NCBI GenBank assembly: GCA_012295275.1
Contig: CM022672.1
Coordinates: 28,148,001-28,212,000 of the forward strand
Direction of reading: 5' to 3'
DNA length: 64,000 nucleotides
Source of the DNA: Chrysomallon squamiferum
Taxonomy: Eukaryota; Animalia; Mollusca
Made by a program: the position numbers and the translations under genes. Under the pieces are notes generated by a model. It was not told where the DNA came from. It made no database searches and saw only the letters and a program-made list of their open reading frames with translations. Shown here piece by piece: positions 28,735 through 56,344 of the stretch (position 1 is its first letter; the number at the start of each line of letters is the position of its first letter).

Positions 28735-28984
28735 GGTGGAAGTAACGGGAGACAACTATAGTTTTAAGAACGTTCATTTCTTTAATGCAATGGATATTTC
28801 CAGTAACAACCATAGTGATACTCACCGATCCTCCACTCAGACCACCAATTCCATCGAACCTTCGCCCATAACCTCTAGAATCATCAATATTATACACCGA
28901 AAAACTGTCTGTCGTTACCACATACAAAATACCCAGAACTAAACATGCAAAAATATTTAAATTAAAAGTAAAACTATCGCCCAT
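16966..28984 (-). CDS. GALC: Galactocerebrosidase (GH59) paralog A, 18 exons, ~710 aa, with signal peptide
   Basis: Exons 28826-28984, 27689-27757, 26834-26897, 26205-26293, 25901-26065, 25630-25668, 24341-24471, 23682-23799, 23032-23069, 22264-22388, 21586-21725, 21302-21391, 20719-20808, 19935-20076, 19400-19580, 18667-18836, 18118-18197, 16966-17208 join in one open frame. Motifs: [42 protein letters not shown] (acid/base Glu), WSSED (nucleophile Glu), CIRP, ADFDN. Confidence 0.95.
17396..17730. repeat. 33-bp minisatellite, about 10 copies, in the last intron of GALC-A
   Basis: The unit aatctggcatatcattaatctgcttctatcagt repeats head-to-tail with few variants and no spacers. It produces the 11-aa periodic pseudo-ORF at 17336-17737. 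Confidence 0.95.
22421..22660 (+). repeat. ~240-bp intronic segment duplicated at ~25150-25388
   Basis: Near-identical direct copy (ttaataat...attatgggttcaagcatataaaaaatacactgcaactag...attccatgca) with scattered substitutions. Confidence 0.9.
23805..24305. repeat. Degenerate (TAG/TAA)n trinucleotide low-complexity tract
   Basis: Long runs of agtagtagt/aataat inside GALC-A intron 7. Confidence 0.9.
24952..25493. mobile_element. Tc1/mariner-pogo-type MITE with TA target-site duplication
   Basis: TA|cagtggtacctgtctt ... aagacaggtaacactg|TA: 16-bp TIRs with one mismatch, flanked by TA on both sides. Confidence 0.8.
28676..28730. repeat. (GA)n microsatellite in GALC-A intron 1
   Basis: Pure dinucleotide run. 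Confidence 0.95.
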
Positions 28985-29409
28985 ATTTTAGGGTTACTTC
29001 GCCAGGTGACTTCAAGGATTAAAACTCATTAACATCACTGTGAACTTTCAAAATAAAATTATGTACCCATATATTAATTTTATCCCGGCATCTTTATTTA
29101 TTTTATACTGCCTTTCCTTTTTTTATTTGTTTTTACGGGTTTCCTATTTCAGCCGAATCGATGAAAAGATTAACTGAAATTCCCGCAATACCGACGACAA
29201 CCTTGTCCTCGTTAACAGCTCCTGAGCCATAAAAAGATAGTATATAATGTTCGTACAAAAAAAAAAAAAATAATAATAGTCATAAGAATGTATGTTATAT
29301 ATAAAATAATAATTTGTAAATAAATTTAGTTAATCTTTAGAATACTCCGTCAAACGTTCTACGTTAAAAATATAATTTATGAATTAATTAAGGACGTTGC
29401 TCAGTCAAA
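28985..29409. promoter_or_regulatory. Probable bidirectional promoter shared by GALC-A (-) and UROS (+)
   Basis: Only about 0.4 kb separates the GALC-A ATG (28984) from the probable UROS leader exon (donor cagg|gtaatt at 29436). The segment is locally CpG-enriched. Confidence 0.55.
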
Positions 29410-29808
29410 ATGTCTGCGCCTATCGTCTAAGACAGGGTAATTTGAAATTTAGAGATTTTGTTTTGGTGAGGCACTTTATTAACACTTTTTATAAATAAAA
29501 GAAATACTGAACATTTGACTTCAGTTAATAACAAAGGACTCATTAATGAAATCTATGTGAATACGGTTATTTATGCTGTTGATGATGAATCGGTGATGTT
29601 TGAAATTGAATGATTCATTGGTGATACTGATAGTGATATAGTGACAGGTCCATTTATGGTCATTGTTTACATTTACTTTTTGTTTTTTATTTGAAAAATA
29701 TAATTTATATGAGGTGAATATGATTCTGTTGGTTTACTTATATAATTTATATATACAGCTCATTCAATTGTTAAAAAAAATAATAATGGTTCCAAAAACC
29801 AGTCTCAT

Positions 29809-29812
<4 letters not shown>

Positions 29813-29887
<75 letters not shown>
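29813..29887. repeat. (CT)n microsatellite in UROS intron 1
   Basis: Pure dinucleotide run; explains the SLSL and ERER pseudo-ORFs. Confidence 0.95.
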
Positions 29888-29891
<4 letters not shown>

Positions 29892-30079
29892 CTGGATATA
29901 TCATAAGACCATTAATCAGTGTTATGGAAATTATTATAATTTTTTGTTTTGCCATGAAATAAAATGTTGCAGTTTTAATGTGATTAAATTAATAAAAAAT
30001 TGTAATACTTCCAGGAGAGATGCTGCTTTCAAAAACTCATCTGATAACAAAAATTTAGATTGTGAGAAAAATAATAACC

Positions 30080-32631
30080 ATGACACAAACAGCTCCAAAT
30101 ATCAATGACAAGTTTGTAATGTTGTTTAAAGCTCCGAAAGAAACAGAAGAAGATAATTTTGTTACGGTAATATTATAAACTATTATAATTTTAATATTTG
30201 TTTTTCATTTCAAAGTTGTCAGTTCTTTCTGATAAGTATGTTTAAAATTTCTAAAATGTTTGCCAGATAATTAGCCAACCAATTGTTGTTGACATAATTA
30301 GATTATTTATTTGATATCTTTCCATCTGTCCACTTTGTTTGTGTGTGTTTGTGTGTGGGTGTGGGTGTGCACAGAGATGATCAGTTTAAATATAATTTTT
30401 ATCTTTCTACAAACTGGTGACCATTTTTACAAGGGAAAAGAAGAAATTAGTTACATTATTCAAATGACTGAGATTGATAAATATTGACAAATATTGACAT
30501 TATTTTAAGTTATTTTGTTACCTGCAATAAAATGCAGCATAATAATGAACACAAGTTATTTATTTCTTACAAAAGTGTTTAAAATGTTTAGACTAAACTA
30601 AATCTTACACAAAATAATCTCTAAAACAAATTTTATTACAGCATCTCAGAACCTCTGGTTACAATGCTGTCAGTATCCCAGTATTAGCTTTCAAATTTGT
30701 CAACACAGATAAATTAGCATCTTGTTTACAAGAACTTGATTCATATTCGGCTGTCATATTTACAAGTCCAAGAACAGTCCAGGCAGCGGTACTAGCCGCA
30801 GAAAGCCTTGAAGGTGAATATAGTATATTTTTTAACTGCATCTGACTGCAGATCATAAAACTGAATTAAATTTTATCTGGATAAAAAAACATCAAGTGAA
30901 TTTTATAACTGCAATTTGCTTATATTCAATTTTAAAACCCAAAGTTTACTATTAATTCCCCATTGTCTGTGATTTCATTTTATACATGTGGATGTGGTCT
31001 GTCAGTTTTTCAGCTTTAAAAAATGTGTTGTTTTATTTTGTTTATATTTTAGGCTCAGATAGTAAATCTCTTGGTTTTGATAAAATCAAATGTTTTGTTG
31101 TGGGAAAGAGCACAGGTGCTGCAGGTGAGATTTGTAAAATTATTTTGAAAATGACTGTGTAGAATCTGTGTGTGTGTGTGTGTTGTAAATAACTAACATA
31201 AAATATTCTTTATTTACAGAAATTTGATGAATAGTTTGTTTCTTTTAATTGTAATTTAAAAACAAATAAAAAAATGGTAAACACTAACAAAAAAACAACA
31301 ATAAACTCTCTGTTACAAACAAAAATAAGAATTATGTTAACTATGCCTGGTCTGTTTAGTCTAACAGGCTTTTGTAATTATTTTAAATTTGGATATTAAT
31401 CTGAACATGACATAATTATAGCAAAAAAGGCTGGTTTCAACCCTGTTGGAGAAGAAGCAGGAAATGCCAGTGAACTAGCAGACATCATTATTAAAGGTAA
31501 TCTGTTACAGCAGCTTAAAAGTTTGTATAAAGTAAAGTAATTTAGAAATTCAAATTCCTGTTTAATTTCCTAGAGACATCAATCACCACTTACAATAAAT
31601 TTATTCAAATTTTTGATAGAATTATAATAAAATTATGGGTCGTTGATGTTTAGAGAAATAATATAATTATAAAAATGTGTATGTGTATATATAATATATA
31701 TAAAATAACTTATTAAATAAATAAATGGTCTGAAATTATTATACAGTAAACCTCGCCTAAGTCATCACTTTCGGGACCAAGATTTTTCAACAACTTAAGA
31801 GACATGACAAGTAATGCTATGTCATCATAATGGTGACTTACAATAACTCATTATAATGACGACTTATCCAAGCCTGTTCTCTCTATAGCCAAAATAATCA
31901 GCTTTGATCAGTGTTATATATGGTTCATATCTCTGGAAAATGTCCTTCAATTTTTCTGTTTTCCATTCTTCAATTACTTCTGTATTAACACGCTCAGATT
32001 CACCTGCTTTAAGTTATTTTCCGATTCCCCCACTTTTCCTTAAAACAATCAGTCGAACTGTCATTCAGTGTTTCACCATCCTCATGACCAAGCTGGTTAG
32101 CAAAGGCTCATGCTTTTTGAAGTAGCCTGATCACCACTGATATGAATTTCAGGGCTAGCAGCCATTTGTTGAAAACATTTAGTTAGCAAAGAGTCGACAT
32201 CTTCAAATGCACTTGATATACACTTTTATACACTAAAAAGTCACTATAGTCAGTGCCACATTCCAGAATATGTTAATTCAACAAACACATACACTAGGCA
32301 ATATCTACATATCAACATACACATATCAATACCCAAATGCACAGCACCTGCGTACAACCGTGCCATTGCCTTGTGATAGTGGGTAAACTGTATGAGACTT
32401 TTTCAAGGGATTTACTACAGACAACTTAGAGCTAGAAATTAAATGCAGTTTGTTTTCTTGGGACCAAGCATCAGGTGATGATTTAGATGTTTTGATGACT
32501 TAGATGGGGACATTTTATTGGAAATAATGATACCAAAAATCAGAAATTTCACTAAGGTGACAATTTACGTTCTTTGACAACTAAAATGCGGATGACTTTG
32601 AAGGTTTAATGTAGATATCATTGGTTGATAA

Positions 32632-32665
<34 letters not shown>

Positions 32666-35600
32666 TATTATTATTAACAGGCTGCAAAAGTGAGGAGTCA
32701 AAGCCTTTCCTCTACCCATGTAGTAATTTAAGGCGTGATGTTATAACAGAAAAACTTAAAGGAAAAGGTCAGGATTTAATTATTCAGTTTTGTAACAATA
32801 AATTGAATACAACAAATAAGTAGAATCATGTGCTAGACTACAGGCAGTAATGGTTTATACTGAAAATATAATTTACAGATTCATAATAGAAATGACATCT
32901 TTAAAAATACGATTTCATGTTTATTATTATTATTTTTATTAGCATTATTGGTTCATGTCTTACACTATTTTACTGGCTGTAATCTAAATTAAATATTTTT
33001 GACCAAATGGGCAGATGCCATTAAAACCTGAAAACTAATAATAAAGTGTGTCACATCTTTATCTTGTTTCTTATTATAGTTAGCATGCCAGTGCTTTCAT
33101 TTGCTTGACAGAGGCTATGTTTTGATCCTTAATCAGTCCTGTAGTGGCCATGAAATAATTGTAATAATATGTTAACCTTAATATTCTTCTTAATTAATTT
33201 TATCTAGTGTTCTTAATATCAAGAATATGTTCAATAAAAAAAGGCATCTAAAAATACTTCTCTCTTTATATAGAATTCACACTGAATGAAGTTACAGTGT
33301 ATGAAACTTGTCCAAATGAAAACTTGGAAACTGTAGTAAAAGAAGCAATGACATCAGATGTAAGCAGTTTTATTGACATTTAGTTTATTACAAAAAAATA
33401 TTTTACTCTAATATTTTGCTTTTTCTTTGTGTGGTGTCATCTAATAGCAGACATGCAGCAGATAAATCTAATCATAATTGAATTATATTTCATTTACTAA
33501 GTCAAATCTTAATAGTTCTAACTTGTCTGAATCATAAAATATGAGTTACGTTCCTTGATATGATTAAAATATAACTTTAGAATTTTCTTCAGAATTTATT
33601 TATTTCAAACTGGATAATATCTAATGCATGTCAGAGTTTGATGTGTTTTTTCAATTCTGCAAGTCTAAATAACAGTATTGTACTTTAATGTTATCTTCAA
33701 TTAAACTGATAAACTCTGAAATAAAAGTTACATAATTAAATTAACTTGATTAAAGAAAATATATGTAATGACATAGGATAACCAGTCGTATATCATTTAA
33801 TTTTGAGTTACAGCCTATTAATGCTGTCCAATGCATTAATAATTTTTTTTTTTTTTAATGAATAAATAGTCTTGAAAACATCTCATATCTATACATGTTT
33901 TTTGCTGAAATCAGTCAATAAAACATTCTTTATGTGTGTGTATGTGTGTGTTTGTGTGTTTTAAGTGGTGGTGAATATGACATTGGTTCGGTCCACTACC
34001 ATGTCGGCAGTGTCCATCACCTCAATAACACCTGTCTTATCAGCTTCCATAAGCTTGCATAGATTATGTTAATTTAATAACATAACATGGTAAGATTATG
34101 TCATGTTGCAGCATATGGAAAGAATAAGAGATTGCAGCAGTGTCATCTCAATCTAGTTTCAGCCAAAGACATAATCATTTCATTGGACAGAAAAGTGTAA
34201 TTAAAAACAACAAGAAAAATAGAAGCCTAATTTTACTTATTTTTTAAATTATTCTTAACCCTGAATTCTATGTACCAGTGGTGCACAGCTTTTGAATTTA
34301 TTTAGCAAAAAACCAAAAACATGATTAAATTAAATAATGGGTCTTTTTTACATTTTTCCTTTATTTTAAATTTGACAATATCTAGGGCCTGCCTGAGTTT
34401 GCTGTGTTTTTCAGTCCGTCAGGAGTACTGAACACTGAACACCTTGTTGCTAAAGGAATTCTACCACTTAAAAAAATAAAGGTAAGCATTTTCTTGAAAT
34501 TAAAATGATTAGCAAATTCACATGATTTTAGTTTTTTTAAGAATGACATAGGAAAAGACATATGGTACAATAATTATTCCTTTTGGATATGAATGAATAT
34601 TTCTTAATACATATTTCATTGATATTGTTTTAGTAGTTTCCATTTACCATTCTTTGCAATTAATAAATAATAATCTTAATATAAGGATATAAGGATCAAC
34701 TGAACTTTTGTATCTCCTCTTTTATTTATATAACCTCAGTTCACACATAAAAATAAATTGCTAATAAATATGGTTTGTCAACATGGTACTTTAGTGATTC
34801 TGTAAATTTGTTTTAATCTTTTTTGATCAATGCATCATAATAAAGAGGAACATCTGTTAGTCCTAAACATTCGCTGTTATTATCAGATATGTATAATGTT
34901 CATTCTAAAAAACATACTAAAAAGGTAAAAGGTACAGACACTGAACAATTCCAGGATAAATATATTTATAATTCTCTAATAGGTTGTTGCTCTTGGACCA
35001 ACAACAAACAAGGAGCTGGTTTCTAGAGGGTTCAGTCCAATTGGTACAGCTAAAAAACCTGATCCTCCCAGTTTAGTTGAAGTACTGAAACAGGTAAGAT
35101 GTATTTACAGCATTGACATTAATCTAGAAAATGTCTGAGATTACGTATCAGGTGGGAATCTGGCTTTGTGGATAATTTAACATATCTAACATTTGTTAAA
35201 TAAAACAAGCAATTTATTTATCTATAAATTTGTTTTTATGGTTGTCTAGAAATTTATAGGAGCAATAATCAAGGTATGTTTTTTATTATATGAAAGAAAA
35301 TAAGTAATGATGTTACTATATTCAAAATCATTTAAAAGTTCATCATCTTGTTAATTTATAAAAATGGCTTTCTAGATTGCTCCAAAGAAAAACTATGGCT
35401 CAGCTCAGTCTCTCCAACTGTTGAGGCACACTTCACATAGGCATTTTACTTTTAGTCTGGTAATAGATTAATGCTGACTGCAGGCACTTCTGAAAACAAT
35501 TTATTTCTAATGGATGCTAATTTCAGTTTGTCAGTCGTATCTTGTATATTCAAGTGATAGTTAACTGATGAGTTAAAAATGCATTTTTGTTTTTCCTTAT

Positions 35601-36306
35601 GAATTTGAGTCAAAATGCGATACAGATTATTAAAGGTATGAATGAACCTGAGCAAGATGAGAAAAGCTTCTCATTAACTTTGATAGTTTGTAATGAAGAT
35701 ATTGAACTGATCTTAATTAGATATTGTCAGTTAGTTTATGTATTTGTTTCTCTATATAGCCATTTTAAAAGGTTATTTGTTATCATTTACTTTTAACAGT
35801 GGCTACATTGATTGTCCATGAACTGAGTTTTCACCCAGCTGAAAATGTTTCGAGGCTTATTTTATAAACATTGACAAAAACAATTATGTGGCTTTTGGGG
35901 AAATAAACATATTTATATATATATATCTTATTTTAATTTTTTAATTATATAATTAACAAATTGCTTCCACAGTCTCTGTATTGGATGATCTTATGGAAAA
36001 ACATCTTTTAGTGTCTTTTTGGTGTATCCATGTATGGTATAGGTGTTTATCATTGCTACATATTTAAAATACTGTAAAAAAAAATTTTTTTTTGTACCAT
36101 TATTCACCTTATTATTCAAATGTTTTTACCACTCTCTGCAGCACTCTATAATTAAGAAAAACGTCCAACATAAATGGAGGTTTCACATGATTATTGCTCT
36201 TTAAGATTTTGTATTCTTCTAGAATTTTAATTTTGCAGTAATAATTATTTTTCTTTTGTCTCTCTTTTGACTCTAGGAGCCTGAAAACACAGAAAGCAAT
36301 GGATAA
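30080..36306 (+). CDS. UROS: Uroporphyrinogen-III synthase (~271 aa)
   Basis: Exons 30080-30166, 30642-30813, 31053-31124, 31422-31496, 32681-32767, 33274-33359, 34386-34481, 34983-35093 and 36277-36306 are in frame. Motifs: IPVLAFKF, VIFTSPRTVQA, FVVGKSTG, GEEAGNASELA, LYPCSNLRRD, VYET, VFFSPSGV, ALGPTT, AKKPDP. The terminal exon (EPENTESNG*) is less certain. Confidence 0.9.
31744..32611 (-). mobile_element. Internally deleted pogo/Tigger DNA transposon in a UROS intron
   Basis: TA|cagtaaacct ... aggtttaatg|TA termini. The minus strand retains a CENP-B/Tigger-like segment (AFANQLGH..DCFKEKWGI..AGESERVNTEVIEEW..LKDIFQRY) with stops. Confidence 0.7.
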
Positions 36307-38704
36307 GTATCTTTCTTGACAAATGAATGGAACCTATGTGCTGCATGCTTTTACCAGTATTTAAGAAAATCAAGAATGAGGAGAAATTACATTCAACCTA
36401 TATTTCTATGATGGTTTCCCCTTTTGATATTTGTTACGTTAGTGAATCAAAAAGTTAGAATTTTTCTCTTGGTCATATTTCTTCTGACATTTACTGATAT
36501 TTCTGTGATGGTTTCCCATTTTATATTTCTTATGTTAGTGAAGCACAATGTTGCAGGTATTGCTCATTTAATGATTATTTATCATGAACCAGTAATCCTT
36601 TGTGAACAAAATACTATATATAACTGACCATTTACTGTCAGACCAATTTATAAAATGTTCTTGTAGCATACATACATCTTAATTAGAAACAAATACCAGT
36701 GTTGTAAATAACAAAACATTATGCTTATTTCAATGTTAATTACCAGTTGTAATGTTCCAGTATAATAACTAAAATACAACAACTAAAATGTGCAATAAAA
36801 CCAATTTAAAATGTTGAGTTAATATAACAATAAGAACAAGAGACCTAAATACATTTGTATATTTCCAAGTTAAGGATTTCAGTGTTGTGCTAATAACAAA
36901 GTTTGACAGTAGTATAACAAGTTTATGAGAATACATGAATGTTCATGTTTGTCTCTTTTAGTTTTATAACGACATTGCTGCACAAAGACAAATAATAAAA
37001 AGTCCCGATAGAGTAGGCTAATCCATTTGCAAAGTATAAAAGTATTCTCACTCAAATTTAATACCAGTACATTTTTCTATATGGAATAATTTTTGAAAAT
37101 GCAAAATATTATGTACCTTATCACCAAAAATCTGAAACCAACATAACTGTCATTTTGAAATATATAATATGCATTCATGCTCTTTGTTCACATGCAGCTG
37201 TCAACTTCAAGGTTTGTAACCCATGTTCTGTATAATTAATTAAATTAATATAGTTCAATTCTGTTAGTCCATTGTATATGTATATGATTAAAGGTGCAAA
37301 TCCAGCATTTTTATTTATAAAATAATTAATGTTCTTGTAGTAGAAAATTGTCCAAGGATTTTTAATATATTGTGTCAGCTCTAGTCATATCATTTAATTT
37401 TTGTTTATGAGGTAACATAATTTGAAAAAGATTGCAGACTGCTACAAGATTACACTAGCTATAGCAGGTGTATTTTGGGATAATTCTGTATAAAAATAAT
37501 AAAGATAATATGAAACCAAGGCATTAAAGATTTGAAATATAAACTGTAATTAACGTTTTCAAACAGGAGTGAATTGACACGGAAAACAATTTCAGATCAG
37601 TTTTTTTTTTTTTTTTTTTTTTTTTTTTCTCCTTTTCTTAAGCAAAGCTTACCTGCCAAGTCATTTGCCTGTCAGTTTATATGTAATTATAGGTCATAAT
37701 CTGAGATATCATACTGAAATAAAACACACACACACACACACACACTTAGGAACATGCCCTATTATATTTAACTGGTTTATTTATGCCTTACAGACTGTTT
37801 TTGTTTTTTATAAAAAGTATTTTTTACTTATGATATTGGGATTATGCTTTTTAATTACCTATGCAATTTTATTATCTCATTAAATGGATTGTTTACTGTG
37901 TTACCATAACTTTGTTATTTAATGTATTGGCAACATTTTTACATTTGTGTGAAACATTAAAATATAAAATGTCTTTATTTTCAGTTGTTTTTTTTTTCTC
38001 ATTTTATATATATATACAAGATGAACACATCCAGGCAACTGAATTGGAATGAATGCAAACATGCAAGTGTCTCTGGATCTGCATACAGTTCACAGCAAAT
38101 AAAGCAACAAATAATATCTGACAAATATTAAACTTTTATTGGACAAAATTTGAATAAATATAGTTCAGTGATTCAGAAACTAGGATTCTGTTTTACTATG
38201 CACTATTTTTTTTATTTTTAAACATTTGAATTAGTAACTCTGACATTTTATTTTGTAGTTTGAGAATGGCTTCATTTTGCTTGAAAAAATATTAAAATAT
38301 GAAATAAAGAGGGCAACTTTAATATTTCTGTAATAGTATTAATAATAACAATATCACCCATTCAGCAAAGCCATTCTTTTTAAATAAATCATAATCAGAT
38401 GTATTTATTTTCTAATAGTCCGAGTAATGCACATGTGCAATAAGGTAAACATTAATACACAAAGAGCTCTGCAGTATACAGAAAAAAGCAGAAGTTGTCT
38501 TAATATTATTTTACAGGTATATCACATGATAAAGATAAAAGTACAAAGTGTGATGTATGTAAATGAATATACAAACATCCTATTCAGTTAAATCTTTACT
38601 TATTTTGTTATCACAGTTTCTACCATTAAAAAGCAGTTCTTTTTAAATTTGTACCATCCGAAACACCTTCTTTTTAGCAGTGGGGAGTCATTTTCTCATT
38701 CTAT

Positions 38705-40010
38705 TTTTTTTTTTTTTTTTTTTTTTTTTTTGATCACTTGTTGACTACATATCAAAACCAGCAGTGACAATGAACAATACTGTTTTCTGTGGATAACTTC
38801 TTGTGTCATACAGCTTCTTCTGGAGAGTTGTAATAGTCTTTCTCGGCACTTGCAGGTTTATGCAGTTTTGGATGTCGTGTTCAGTCATTTGTTCTGCTTC
38901 TCCACAGAAGGAGCACATGAAAGAAGATACAAGCCAGAATGTTTTATTTATATGCTGATTGAGCCTGTTGTGCCCAGTCCTTAATCAGAAAATGATGATT
39001 AGTTCATGGAGGGAAAGCAGTTGATAGTCATTGGTCTGTTTGGGAGAGATCCAATATGGAATTTCACTTCTTCATATGGCTACCTAGTTATGCACCTAGT
39101 TTTGCCAGTGTGTCTGCATTCTCCTTTCCACGTTTGCCACAGTGAACTTGGTTGTCACTACTGATAGAATGTAAGGCTTCTGAAAGCCTGTCTAGCTTGA
39201 TATTTTCAAGAACTGGATGGCAGAGAGAGCATCTGTGAAGAAGACAACATACGAGCAGTTCTCCCTGGTGCTGATGATGTTGGCAGCATGAATGAGAGCC
39301 TCAACCTCTGCAACATTGTTTGTGCAGTATTTCCCTGTAGGTAAATTTGCCTCTTCCATGATGTATATTCCAGCCCCTCCATTTTCCACTACATTTGTTG
39401 CAGATCCATCATGTCTTTGGGTACTGTTCATCAATTATGGCTAGTGTTGGAGCTCATTTTTATGGCAAACTATGTTCCTCTCCATGGGTATTGGACCATT
39501 GTACAGAACTTGGTTCCCTGGACACAGCAGTCAGTGCTTATCCAATATATTTTATCTAGCAATTGTGCCTTATGTTGCATCACCAATGATTTGCTCAGTT
39601 TTTTGAAAGACAGTTCTTTCTAGTCTGTTACAGGAATAGTTATTAATTATGTTCATTGGGTGTTGTGGCAAAGACTTGAACTTAGTGGCTTGTATAATGA
39701 GGATGGATTCCTAGCATTTCTTGGGGGATACAATAACATCTAGCTGTTCTATTTTCTCACTGGGCATTGACTGCATTGCTCCAGTTATTATCCTAAGTAC
39801 TTAGTTTTGAACCGTGTCTAGTTTTTATAGATGTGACATTGCTGCTGTTGACCATGTGTTGGATCCATACTCAAGATATTGGCTGATCATTCCTTGATAG
39901 ACTCTCTCTTTCAGCAGTTTATAATCTGGAACCCATTTAGTGCCAGCTAATTTCCTTAATACTTCAAGTTTTCTTCAAGCTTTTGCCTCAGCTTTCTCCA
40001 CTTGGGAACA
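38705..40010 (-). mobile_element. 5'-truncated LINE remnant (late RT, RNase H) with poly(A) tail
   Basis: Minus strand: LKVLRKLAGTKW, LEYGSNTW, RIITGAM, then RNase H DGSAT..GGAG..AEVEAL..FFTDALS (39192-39434) and a C-terminal CCHC-like remnant. The poly-T at 38705-38731 is the poly(A) tail on the minus strand. Confidence 0.85.
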
Positions 40011-40410
40011 TTTTCGATTACTATAAATGATTGCTATTGTTTCGATGCTGTAATAATGTTTGGTTTCAGTGATCTATGGATAATATAAAAATAAGTTTAA
40101 ATATCCTTGCTTAGCAGCTGCGCTATTATTTGTGAAAGTTAATTTTGCTACCTTTGCTCAGTATTGCAAAAAATAACTAATTAGACCCTGTATTTTCTGA
40201 CCTTACCTTAGCGCATAATCACATGCTTAAGCATGTTCACAATTTAATTTGCAATAGGATGAATATGCAGGCAAAACTAATTAACACATTTTTGGGGGTG
40301 TTTTTTTGTTGTTGTTTTGATACGAATAAACTTTCAAATAACATCATCAAAAAGAACCATTCAAAATAATTATCTGAAACCGTTCAATAAATTATCATGT
40401 TATATATATG

Positions 40411-40543
40411 TTTCAAAAGTGAATTCAATAAGCCCACCAAATATAAATCTTAGCTATAACATTTTGTCAGCATCGCTGTAATGCTGACAAAATGTTATAG
40501 CTAAGATTTATATTTGGTGGGCTTATTGAATTCACTTTTGAAA
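40411..40543. repeat. Perfect 63-bp-arm palindrome with 7-nt spacer
   Basis: Arm 40411-40473 is the exact reverse complement of 40481-40543; the spacer is cgctgta. Confidence 0.97.
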
Positions 40544-40659
40544 TTTACCAGTTTATTTATGGCTACATCGCTAATGATAAAATGATAATACACTTAACCA
40601 ATGATATTTCGGGCTGTTACGGTAAATAAGGCCACTGGCCTCAGAAATAGTCCATTGCA

Positions 40660-40785
40660 ATGAAACTGTTTTTGTTATCTGTTGAATTATTGGCACTTAT
40701 ATACGGCCAGACAGTAAAGTACCCTGTTGATGATTGCTTTGGTTTAGAACGTCGGTATGATGGAATTGGCGGTTTAAGCTCAGGG
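40660..40785 (+). CDS. GALC: Duplicated alternative first coding exon (1a) of GALC-B
   Basis: gcaATG then MKLFLLSVELLALIYGQTVKYPVDDCFGLERRYDGIGGLSSG followed by a gtaag donor. It is open, phase 0 (matching exon 2) and homologous to exon 1b. Confidence 0.7.
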
Positions 40786-41113
40786 GTAAGATTTAATCAG
40801 TGAAACCAAACATTATTACAGCATCGAAACAATAGCAATCATTTATATAGCTCTAGTCTAGGATATAATTTTAAATTCTTATTTTAAAGTTTCATCCAAA
40901 TCATTTGACAGTAGCGTATATTATAACATTTATTGTTGATTTTTTTTTATATAAAATTTTCCCGTTAATTCATACACATTAGTGCAGAGTAATGATAAAC
41001 TTCTATTTCACTTAGACCTATGAAAACAGAAAACCAGTCTAACGAGCTGGAGACACGTGACAACGCTGATTAGCGGATCGAAGTTTGTGTCACTTTTTTT
41101 TATTTCAACGAAA

Positions 41114-56344
<15,231 letters not shown>

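Larger units (their letters stand above)
40022..40847. repeat. Perfect 47-bp inverted repeat pair (40022-40068 / 40801-40847)
   Basis: tataaatgattgctattgtttcgatgctgtaataatgtttggtttca is the exact reverse complement of tgaaaccaaacattattacagcatcgaaacaatagcaatcatttata. Confidence 0.95.

Noticed and set aside
29578-29632. C/D box snoRNA candidate (TGATGA...CTGA) in UROS intron 1
   Set aside because: Only about 50 nt, no convincing terminal stem, and no rRNA-complementary guide that I could recognise.
29663-29962. SLSL and ERER repeat proteins
   Set aside because: These are translations of the (CT)n microsatellite.
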